The notes below the pieces were generated by a model, which was not told the DNA's origin, made no database searches, and saw only the letters and a program-made list of their open reading frames with translations. This document shows, piece by piece, positions 37,969 through 49,300 of a stretch of 64,000 bases of DNA. Numbering within the stretch: position 1 is the first letter of the stretch; the number at the start of each line of letters is the position of its first letter. The DNA is from Octopus sinensis (taxonomy: Eukaryota). The position numbers were made by a program, and so were the translations under genes. The stretch spans positions 88,722,001 through 88,786,000 of the forward strand of contig NC_042997.1 of the NCBI RefSeq assembly GCF_006345805.1, in the 5' to 3' direction.

Positions 37969-39605
37969 ATGAGTGTATGTTGATATATATATATATATAT
38001 ATATATAATCTTATACATACATCTGCAAAAGTTGAACAGGAGTTAGGGTCGAGCCTATTTGTAAATATCCTAAGGTAATTGTTGTAACTATAATAATATG
38101 AATAAAGTATGCTCTTGTTTATAGAATTCAGTAAAAAAATTACTTGCTGATGCATGCTGATATCTGCCAAATCGACAATAAATTATCATGAACACGTGAA
38201 ACACGGAGAATGAAAACGAAGATGCACATATTCATTCTTCACACGTTCCAACAAATTTGAATATATCAATCACTGTTGTATTTCGCCTTCGGAGAACACC
38301 ATCTCTTTTCAAACGATATCTGCTGACAACACACTCGATTCAGTAACGTAGGGGGATTTTGAGACACCAACGTTTCAACCTGATTGTAGTCGAACGAGTT
38401 CGGAGAGCGTGTAATCTTTCTGTAATCTTTCAGGATTTTTGAGCCTGAAAGTTTGCAGGATGGTGTATGGCGCGCTATACACTTTGCGATATTTGTCCTG
38501 AATGTTTACAATCTGAACTCATGGGAGGCAAAACTTAATCCGCCGTCCAGTTTAACATTATCACATGGTCCTTGGGTGTTTAGCAGGAGAGTTCAAACTG
38601 TCGTTAACGTTTGGATCAAGTTTCTGGTTTGAGGATAAGCTCTTCTCCTCGTTCTACAAGTCTCAGAGAATCTGAAAAAAGAAGAGGGTTATGGGTGATG
38701 CTATTCTATCCTTAACTAAATGATATCATCATCAAAAAAGAAAAAGAAAAGAAAGAAAAACTCTGCTCAAGTTCACAACTGTGCCAACACCCGTTATACT
38801 CAGGTCTTTATAAGCTTGCAATGTAACACCTCCAGTGCGTTGGGAAAAGTCCCAAGTACTAAACCTCTGAACATTTTTCTCCGTCTTATCATTAAATTTG
38901 AATATTGTCTACGTGTATTCTTTGTGCTCGACAGCTTATCCTGTGTTAAACACATCACATACAAACATTTATCACCAAATGTATATTTTCCTCGGTCGCG
39001 ATATATTTCCATCTTAAGAACATAGCTACAATAAATTTTTTAACAACCTTGTCAAGTTTTGTAATGATTTATGTTTACCATTTATATTTTACTTGTTTTT
39101 GTCATTGGACTGCGACCATGCTAGGACACCACCTCGAAGGGACAAATACCCACCCAGTACCTGTTTTTTAAAAATCTTGTACTTAATATATAGGCCATTT
39201 TGCTGAATCGTGAAATTATGGCGGTGCAAACAAAGGCTAGATATCAAGCGGTGGAAGGGAGAGGGACGACAAACACATACATACACACACACATGATGGG
39301 TTTCGGAGAGTTTCCATCAAATAAAATTCACTTGCGAGGCATTGGTCAACCCAAGACTATAATAGAGGACACTTGCCCAAGGCTTTGCGCTGGGTAAAGT
39401 ACACTTTACAAAGTACGCGGTTGCAAAGCGAGTTTCTTAACCTCAAAACCATGGAGTATATTTTTTTAATTTGCCCAAATTATATGCATACTACAAATAT
39501 GTCTCACCTAATTTAAGTGAAGTCATGTCGAACCTTATGCCTGCTTTCTACATGTGCGTTTATCGGTCGTTGGTCCAGTTTGAAGTTGTCTGACTTCACA
39601 GGCTT

Positions 39606-39644
<39 letters not shown>

Positions 39645-40403
39645 TCTATGTATGTATTTCATATAGAATATTACATTTCGAAGATTGTGTGGCGGCTGTC
39701 ATCTTTGCAAAACAGTACTTTTATCGCTGTTCTTATTCTGTGTCTATGAAGTACATAATTAATTTTTTTCGTCATATCTGATTGTCTTCTGCTATTTTTA
39801 TTGAATGTAAAAACAGAGCTTTTTGTTTTTTAGACTCTGCAGTTTTTCCTTATGGCAGATTTCTTTTGCATTTTCAAAAATATTAATTATATTTTATATT
39901 GTCATTAATATAGTATATTATATATATTTAAAAAATCTGCGCTTATATAGATGACACATATACTGTCAGAGATATCTTCATTTCATCAGTAATGTCAGAG
40001 ATATCTTCATTTCATCACTGCATATATTTATGATGTTGGCAGACGTCATGCAGGAACTTATTTTTCCTATGTTTCATTGGTTACGATTGAGTGACACAAC
40101 TTTTCAGAAAAATTGCATACGAAATGTAGATATCGCGTTCCTTTTAATAATGGATATTTTATGAGCTGTGTGTGAAAACGGAAAGCCCGATTTTGTGATC
40201 GTGAATGCAACACCTCAACCACTAGGCCACGCACCTATGTCTCTCTCTCTCTCCCTCTCTCTCTCTCTCACTGTATGCATATATATATATATATATATAA
40301 AGTTAATCCAAACATGAAAACACAAAGAGAAAACACAACAACGCGAGGACGTGGAACAAGTATAGTATTATTGGACGCTCAGGAAAGAAGGAAAGAAGGA
40401 GGG

Positions 40404-40436
40404 TTTAACGTTTCGAGCGGAGCTCTTCGTCAGAAA
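40404..40436 (-). ncRNA. Minimal type I hammerhead ribozyme motif
   Basis: Sense: UUU CUGACGA A GAGC UCC GCUC GAAACGU U AAA. The core is intact, with an extra A after A9, stem II GAGC/GCUC, palindromic stem III ACGU and a short stem I. Confidence 0.65.
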
Positions 40437-40559
40437 TATAGGAAAAGGAAAGATCCAAAGAAGGGAAGACGGAGGAAAAAAATCGCCAACGGTACACACG
40501 CAGTCACATACTTCATGATAAAATTATTTTAGCATTTTCTACCTTGTCTTATTTTGCTT

Positions 40560-40612
<53 letters not shown>

Positions 40613-40695
40613 GGTCCCGGGTTGATTCGGGGTTAACCACAGTAAATAAGGTACTCAATACATAGCAGAGTAAAATTAATTTATTATATAGAAGG

Positions 40696-40746
40696 AGCTT
40701 CTACAGGACTAGAACTGTTTCATTCAAGAGAAATCTTCAGGAAGCT
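40696..40746 (-). ncRNA. Type I hammerhead ribozyme motif (left arm of perfect inverted repeat)
   Basis: Exact reverse complement of 41148-41198. Confidence 0.75.
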
Positions 40747-41147
40747 AATGTGTAGATATGTATATGTATGTGTATGTGTAAGTGTATATATATGTATATA
40801 TATGTGTGTGTATGTATGTGTGTATGTATATGTATATATGTTTGTATGTGTGTGTATGTATGTATACATGTGTGCATAGGTATAAGTGAGAATCTCCTTA
40901 TTTACCTAAAACTCTATTCCCCCTTTTTTTTATATATAGGTTTTTTTTATATATAGGTTTTTTATTTTTTTTTTTATTTTTTATTTATTTATTTTTTTAT
41001 TTATTCTTCTATCTAATTTAACACTGACTCCTTGACCACTCCCCCAAGTATGATATTTTGCGCTATGCCTACCCCCAAAAAAGTCCCACACCAACACCCC
41101 GTTAAACCTGCCTAAATGTATAAATGCCAATACAATTCTTGTTAACT

Positions 41148-41198
41148 AGCTTCCTGAAGATTTCTCTTGAATGAAACAGTTCTAGTCCTGTAGAAGCT
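41148..41198 (+). ncRNA. Type I hammerhead ribozyme motif (right arm)
   Basis: AGCUUC CUGAAGA U UUC UCUU GAA U GAA ACAG UUCUAGUC CUGU A GAAGCU. It has a 6-bp stem I, a complete core, a 4-bp stem III and a GUA triplet; predicted cleavage is after 41192. Confidence 0.78.
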
Positions 41199-41550
41199 CC
41201 TTCTATATAATAAATATATATATATATATATAAACCTAAGAAACGTTTTAGGCTTTGCTGTCAAAAGCAACCTTAAGGCTTTTAATATGTAAGTCGAAGA
41301 CTGGGAGCAGATGACGCAAGATCGATCGGTTTGAAGCTCGAAGAATTGAACAATCTATCTTGAAACGAGCACTTCATAGACAGGATTTAATTACAATCCC
41401 AGACATTTTTCTGCTTAAAAATATTTGTAAGATCTGCAGCAGAGTTTGTTTGTCAAGAGCTGGACTTGCTAGTCGTATAAGAACTTATGACAGTATTTAT
41501 TAATTGAAGAGATGGCCTTCTTCTGTAAAGAAGTGGCAATCATCATATAT

Positions 41551-41642
<92 letters not shown>

Positions 41643-42446
41643 ACACACACATTCACACACACACACACATACATATATATATATGTACATATATATATAA
41701 ACATGAGTGTGTGTATGTGTGTGCGTACTTGTAGTTATCTTTGCTTCCTCACCGCTTGACAACTGGTGTTAGTTTATTTACATCCTCGTAAATTATTGGT
41801 TTGGAAAAAAAGATCGATAAAATAAATACCAGACTTCAAAGTAAGTCCTGAGATAGATCTGTTCGACTAACTTATAAGCGCGGTATTCTAGCATGCTACC
41901 ATGGCTGCAGTTCAATGGTGACGCAAGTAGGAGATAAATGAGAAATAGATGGCGTGTTTTAAAAACGAAGGAGAATGAGGTTAGCGAAGGTTATAGTTTT
42001 CCCAAGGACTTTAAATGCATATGTGAAGTATAAACAGAGACGACACACTCATCTTACTACCAACTCCGCAATATTTACATATTTTCTTATTTTTTTAATA
42101 AACATAATTAGCCATTTTTGTTAGGTAATGGAGAAATTTGCAATTGTATAACGTTCGTGTTTCTCCCAGCAGTATTCGATGCTTGATTGAAGTGAAACAG
42201 CTTCAAACGAGAAGCCAACTTATTTGTTATTTTTCTAGGATGCTCACCACAGAAACATGTTGCTGTATTATATATACTGTGTATATGCATCTTTAGCTGT
42301 GGAGTGTAGGTCTATGTGTGTGTATGCATGTGAGTTTGCATAATATTTATGTATGTCTCTGTGTCTGAATATATATGTATATATACATACATATTCTGGT
42401 TCTTACATACATATATACACACACATACATACACATACATACATAC

Positions 42447-42477
<31 letters not shown>

Positions 42478-43249
42478 CATACATACATACATACATACAT
42501 GCATACATATATGTATATATAAACTACACTTGTAACAAAATAATGCCCAGAGGGCTCAAAATGCCGCAAATAGTATAGAAACCAGAGCTAGCAGAAATAA
42601 ATGCAATTGCATCTAACACCACTACTACCGTCCCCACCACCAATGCTATTACTGCATATCACATCCACTGTGGGTAGCAGCATCACCAGCAGCAACAGTA
42701 GCAACCACTTGAACAACAGCCTGACTCTTTTGCATGCATCGAAAGACAGGTAGTCGACTGTCCCATTTAGGGACGAGGAATATAACCTCATTCCTACATA
42801 GATGGAATGTCGGGCAGGACTGGTAAATAGGATTAATGTGACGCCGTAATCGAACACCTGGTGGCTAATGTCATGCATTGTCCCAGAAAGACTGGGTAAA
42901 ATCTTGAACGTGAAAAGTTACCATCAAGAAAACTGGCCCAGAATTGGTGTGGAAGTCTTGATTCAGGTAAATCTGAGAAAATTGAATCCTCGACCAAATA
43001 GATCAACCAAACAGACTCAACCGCACGTCATGGGGAAGGGTGGAAGAGCCAGGTGCAATACAAATGGTAGTAGTAACAAACTGGGAGCCTTCAGTCCAAA
43101 ACAGAAGCCAAGACATGAACCTGCATACACTACAGCTGCAACATCAATAACACTAGCAGAAAAAACAACAGCTACAACAACTACAACAACAGCAACCATC
43201 TTCCTGGGGTAGAATGGTAGCAGGTGGTTCTGTACGTGTGTATGTTGCA

Positions 43250-44720
43250 AAAGTGGTGCCTTCAGTCCTGTAACCATTTATACACTGACTGGAGTGTCGA
43301 TTAGCAAAACCTCTCCAGGCGTTTAGAAATGTTTTAGTGGACGATTGGAATTTCATTTTGGACGCACGCTGAGATAATATGGGAATAGCCGAGAGAAGAC
43401 GTGATTGCAAACACCTCGGAAACCTATTTGGGAAGTTTCAACTATCTTACGTTGCTAATAGATTTCATCGTAGACATGGACAAACTGCATCAGGTCATCC
43501 ACATCGCATATATAGAGTATTTATTAATTCAGCTGATAAGGATAGCATAGAATATTTATAGTTTTGACTAGTCGGTTACACAACTCACAATTTGGGATCT
43601 GTACGTTTAACCGAGATGAAAAAAAAAATAGGAATCAACTCGGTTAGTGGAAGCTGAACGCATCGTTCTCAAAGTGGAAAGTCAACAGCGACCTGATTTG
43701 TGTAATAGTTAAGCATGAGTCGACAGAGTTGGTTGTCAAAAAAGGAATGATTATCTCCCTCAGAAGAGCCTTTAGAGTAGAATCGATGTGATAAAACAAA
43801 GGAAATGCGATACAGAACAATAAATTAAAGGAGAGTTTGTCAACAGATTAAGGGAGACGATTATAAAAGATGCTGCAACCGAAATTCTAGCGCAATAACT
43901 GACGCTCGATAATTTCTTCGATGCGAAATATGAAGGTTGCGTTCTCAGAGCTACGGTACGTGTTTTTAGACACGAGGAAAGGAAAGCCGTTTCATGGGTC
44001 CGATTTACGGAAGGGTGACGTAACAACAAAGTCACAATTCAAGTTTTTGATGAACAATGGTGTGCATATGGCTTTGTAATTCCAAGTACAAATGTGCAGT
44101 TTTCCAGCAGCTCTTTCCTCATCTATTTGGGAATAATGATTGACCGGAAATAACCTGCAACGGTTCTCAGTCGAAAAGGGTCAACAAAGACAGCTGAGAT
44201 ATGGGTGATGGCAAATAGTTTGGATGCTTTGATCTACGAGCTGCATGGATACATCGGAGACTTGTTTACCTCTGTTTTGGTAGACATCTCTCGCCATGGC
44301 AGCAGACCTGGAACATTTCTAATTGCCTTAATCGGAGAAGTACTGAGGGAAGATGCGAAGAAAGTAGACATCATTAACAATTTATGGCTCATGACGCAAT
44401 TAAATGTAGAACTTGAGATTTAAGCGAAGGTGCCCGTGAAATGACTGGTGTTTGTCGTTGTTAGTGCAACTGGCTGCATGCGGGCTTGTGCAACATATCT
44501 GTCTATGACAATCTCTACCTCATAGGATACATCGCAGAAAAGTCCTGTAATAAATTTGACTCCTGTGCTCACAGGGATAAATCCAATGCTTTCGTGAGGT
44601 TGCTCATCAGTACTCAGCGAATGTCCAACAGTTTTGAAAAGCTGAATTCAATGTACATCAAAAACTATTTTTTTGTCTATCGTCCTTTCTGGATCGACTA
44701 ACCCGTCCTCTCAAAAAATG
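43250..44720 (+). mobile_element. Heavily decayed Tx1/L1-clade LINE (APE remnant to RT N-terminus)
   Basis: LVDDWNF.LD, WKLNASF, GCVLRA, D.L.YELH and INNLWLMTQLNVELEI (about NFRPITLLN.ELKI); DKSNAF (about DQSKAF). Sequence from about 42600 may be ORF1. Confidence 0.65.
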
Positions 44721-44751
44721 CCGTCCTTGTGACTAAATAAGAAACAATTTT

Positions 44752-45635
44752 AAAGCAGCGAGTTGGCAGATTCCTAACGGCGTCAGAATAAAACATTTCG
44801 GTATTTGTTTCAGCTCTTGACCATCTGATTTCTAATCCGACCTGTCATCCCTCCAGTACTGATAAAATAAAGTACCTGTCAGATACCTTGGTGACCTTGG
44901 TGGTAACGATTAATCCCCTGCTCAAAAAATTGCTGGCCTTGTGTCTAAATTAGAAAGAATTATTATTATTTCTAAGGTGGTGGATTAGTAGAATTGTTAG
45001 AGGTGTCGGACACATTCTATTGCATATTTGTTCCGGTTCTTTACACTTCTGAATTTAAATCCCGCCAAAGTCAATTTTGTTTTCATCATTTTGGGGTTGA
45101 TAAAACTTATTACCTGGGTTGATTTAATTGTCTAACTTATACCCACAAAATGTTTGTTCTTGTGTTAGAAATATTATTATTATTAGCTAAGAAATATTAG
45201 AAATATTATTATTATTAGCTAAGGCAGCTAGTGGGCAGAATCGTTAGCACGCCGGGCAAAATAATTAGCGGCGTTGCGTCCGTCTTTATGATCCGAGTTT
45301 AAATTCTGCCGGAGTTAACTTTGCCTTTCAGCCTTTTGGGGGTCGATGAAATAAGTATCACTGAGGTTGATGTAATCGACTTATCCCCTCCCCCACGAAA
45401 TCGGTGGCCTTCTGCCAAAATTAGATAGAATTATGATTATTGCGAAGATGGTGGATTGGTGGAATAGTTAGAGAATCGGACAAAGCGACATGCAGGTATT
45501 AGTTGCTTTCCTTTAGGTTCTGAGTTCAAATCCCGCCGGAGGCCTATTTCTGCCTTCCATCATCCTGGTGTCGAGTTAATCGACTACACTTTCCCACCAA
45601 CCCTCTAAAATTTGTGGCTTTGTGCCAATGTTAGA

Positions 45636-45637
<2 letters not shown>
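44752..45637 (+). mobile_element. Tandem array of four family-A SINEs
   Basis: Four same-orientation heads at about 44752, 44975, 45220 and 45445, separated by ATT-rich spacers. Confidence 0.8.
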
Positions 45638-45686
<49 letters not shown>

Positions 45687-46167
45687 TATTATTATTATTA
45701 TATGACCCAGTTGTCAGGATAACCTTATGTATGTTCCAGAACTAAAATAAACAAATTTATCTCAAATCTTATCTCTGTCAGATTTCAGTGATGTCTAACC
45801 GATATCTATAATTAACCGCTTCCAAATTACTGTCTACAGATATAAGACGCTAAAATAATATTTCTGTTTTATTTAGTTTACATTCCACTAGCACCCTTTA
45901 CATTCGATTCTTTAAAAAAAAACATTCCTAATTATAAAGTTGTTCCTCCTCTCTTCGTTAAACATCAACCGAGCCGTACAAAGTCAGAAAAGTTCTGTGC
46001 TCAGGATCAATCGGACACTTTAGATAGCTTCTTGATAAAATCTTTATTTTTAATCATTTATTTTATTTTATATTAAATAATACAAACAACAACCACAGCA
46101 ACAATGTCGATGACCATGACGATGATGAAAGCAGCAACATCAGCAACAACAGCAACAACAACAACAG

Positions 46168-46370
46168 TGGAGGCGCAATGGCCCAGTGGTTAGGACAGCG
46201 GACTCGCGGTCGTACGAACGCGGTTTCGATTCCCAGACCGGGCATAGTGAGTGTTTATTGAGCAAAAGCACCTAACTCTACGAGGCACCGGCGGCGAGGA
46301 GGGTTTGAACCCGCTGTACTCTTTCACCACAACTTTCTCTCACTCTTTCTTCCTACTTCTGCTATAAAGC
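46168..46370 (+). mobile_element. tRNA-derived SINE (distinct family)
   Basis: GGCGCAATGGCCCAGTGGTTAGGACAGCGGACTCGCGG...GGTTTCGATTCCCAGACC has A and B boxes and continues into SINE body, so it is not a stand-alone tRNA. Confidence 0.7.
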
Positions 46371-47689
46371 AGAGGAACCATGGTACAACCCATGGTGTGG
46401 TAAACTTTCAGACCCTAGTCTATATTGCGAATCCTCTGTACCCCAGGATGGTTCAGTTCCCCACCCCGTTAAAAGCCACCGTTTACAGAATGAGGATAAC
46501 AACGTAGTTTTCCCGCCTGTGCAACCACCAGTCTATCGTGTGTTGTGGGTGGATCTTCAAGTTGCCACACGCATTCTTAGTAGCTTAGAGTAGGGTCGAA
46601 TTAGAGAGTATTCTTTGTGGCTAATGGCGTGAGTCCTGATTGGAAGAAGAAGAAGAAGAAGAAGAAGACGACGACGACGACGACGACAACAAGAACAGTA
46701 CAAACTAATGTCAAGGCCTCCAGGTGGCCGCTCGGTCTATTAGTGGAAATGGCAACCAAATCAGAAGAGCGTATTGGTTAATTTTCCCTTAGATAAGCAA
46801 TGTTCGAGAAAATGACAAGCTGGTAATGGCTTGAACATCTTTGATCGTTGGTCTGTTCAGGCAGGGTTGGCCTGGGGTTGAGAAACAAGAACAAGAACTA
46901 GAATAGCAACAACAGCAGCAGCAGCAGCAGCAACTGCAGCAGTAACAGCAGCAGTAGCAGCAGCAGCAACAACAAAACAATAACAACTGTAGTAGTATCA
47001 GCATCAATGACGTCGTCATCGTCCTCCTCCTCCTCCTCCTCCTCCTCCTCATCATCATCATCATCATCAAGTCGTCGTCGTCGTCGTCGTCAGCAGCAGC
47101 AGAAAAGGAAGAAGAAAAAGAAAACAAGAGAAAGAAGATAGTTGTGTAGTCCCAGGCCAATCCTGATAAAGACGGTGGTGATGACGGTGATGATGATGAT
47201 GATGATGCTGCTGATGATGATGATGATGACGACGACGGTGGTGGTGGTGGTGGCGGTGATTATGTAGAAGAAGAAAAAATGTAAATAAAAGTACGAGAGG
47301 GGAAATAAATAAATAAACAGAGCGTTGCAACCAATATTGTAAAATGGCGCAAGGCGTGAAACTGAGGTTGGGTGGATATAGTCGATTATATATATCATGC
47401 TTGGATTTGACTGGAACTTATTTCATCGAACCCGGAAGGATGAAAGGCAAGTCGACTTTAGAAGTGTTTGAACTTAGAACGTAAAGAGGCTAAACTAAAT
47501 ACCACAAAGCATTTTGTCCGGTGCTCTACCAATTCTAAAGATCCACTGCTCACGAAATGATAATTATAGAAGGTTAAAATTTGTTTCAACACACGAATTC
47601 ATATAAAGAATCTTGCAAACCAAATACATTTTTTTACTTCTTGCAAAATTTTTTACTTCTTGCAAAAACGAAGTAAAAAATTTTAAACT

Positions 47690-48111
47690 TTAGATCAAAA
47701 TCTAAGTGAAGGGGGATATCATTTACATAAAAGTGTGTTAAATTTGACTGTAAGCAAATCAAAAAAAAAGAAAGAAATAGTGTGGGAGGCATAACCGGAT
47801 CTTGGGGTAAACCAGAGTTTATAAAATGTAAAAAATCAGAGAAACTCGGCGATACACGCTTTAATGGTGCAGTCTGACAGTAAGTTTCTGATTTAATGAA
47901 TGATAGACGAATATTGACCATAGTTAACCACTTCGCTCGGAAGTTCTCACACCAATCCCAATCAGTCTTTTTTTAATGTCAAGTGCAAAACTATTGCTTT
48001 CACTAAAATTCTCAAGTGAAAGCGATCACGCGTTAATGATACAGAAAAACAAGTCTCCAGTAGCTTTATAGAAACTATGCCGGTGATCATCGAAGAGGGA
48101 GAAAGAAAAAC

Positions 48112-48156
<45 letters not shown>

Positions 48157-48212
48157 GAGAAAGGGAGAGAGTTAGAGAGAGAGAAAGGGGAAAAGGGAGA
48201 GAGAGAGAGAGA

Positions 48213-48246
<34 letters not shown>

Positions 48247-49300
48247 AAGAAAGATAGAGATATAGGGTTTGTAAAAATAGGAACGAGGCATGAAGTGTGA
48301 TGTTCAATAGCAATTGAATGGTCGCAGTCGGGTTGGTAACTTAGAGTGATTTTTCCCTCCTGGCTACTGTGTGTATGAGGTGATGAGACTATGAGAGTCG
48401 AGAAGGAGAGCTTGGGGAAATTTTTCTTAAATGAGTGCAGTGGGCAATAAGTGTAGAAACTTTTTCAATAAGAGTACTATTGAGTGTCACTTTTGTATTG
48501 GGTAGGGAGATTATACAAAGTTAGGGTTCCTTGACAAAGGATCCGAAATGATTGCCAAGGTTTAGCTTGCAGTCTATGAAATACCCAGAAACATCGTTTC
48601 TTTTTCTCATTGTAGTCTTGCATAATGCAGTAGTGGGATCTTCATTTCAGTTGGCGATAGTAAATGCCTTCCACAAGTAATTCCTAAGTAAAGACTAGAT
48701 CAGGGAGTAGGGGAAGAATTCAAGTCTATTTATTGTGCCAGTGTGTCCGTCACTTGTTCTGAAGACTAGTTAATTCAGAGATTCTAGATAGATAAAGGAT
48801 TCAGCTTCTGCTAGGAGTTGTGCAGTTTGAAGTTATAGGTATGATGACTTAATAGAGAAATGAGGTGAGATAGCTGCCTTCAATGCTAGAAGTAGGGTTA
48901 GGGTTAGTCAAAGAAATGTTGATGACTGGAAGAGTTGGGGTTTGGCAGATACTTCATATGAATGTAAAGAAATAGATTTTGAGAGCCAAAATAAGTGGAG
49001 TTCTTTGTTGCTGACGTCCAGGTGAGAAAGGTGAGTGATGAGAAAGTAGATTAGACGCACACACAGAGATTATCTTTCCGAGTAAAATTAGAAGATACGT
49101 TATAACCTTGATATGTTGAGAGTAGATGAGATATTTGTTTGACGAGAGAGGAATGAGAGTGGCTTGTGCATTGTTGCTGTTAATGTTTAGCTCCTGATTA
49201 ACTCTGAATATACCTCTGATCTAAAGGTGTTCTATCCATAACCATCCTATATTCATGTTTATAAGATATAGTCTCTAGGATCACATTATTCGGTAAGTTC
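47690..49300 (-). mobile_element. Decayed L2/CR1-group LINE (EN remnant and RT fragment), interrupted by a (GA)/(GT) repeat
   Basis: INSGLPQDPVMPPTLFL...HFYVNDIPLH resembles INSGVPQGSVLSPTLFL...HSYADDSTLH. The upstream AEAESF-type EN remnant is highly eroded. Confidence 0.55.

Noticed and set aside
46168-46245. tRNA-like sequence
   Set aside because: The acceptor stem does not close and it runs into SINE body. The same applies to the other A/B-box heads, so no tRNA gene is called.
48894-48910. TAGGGTTAGGGTTAG telomere-like motif
   Set aside because: Only about two units, inside a decayed LINE; expected by chance.
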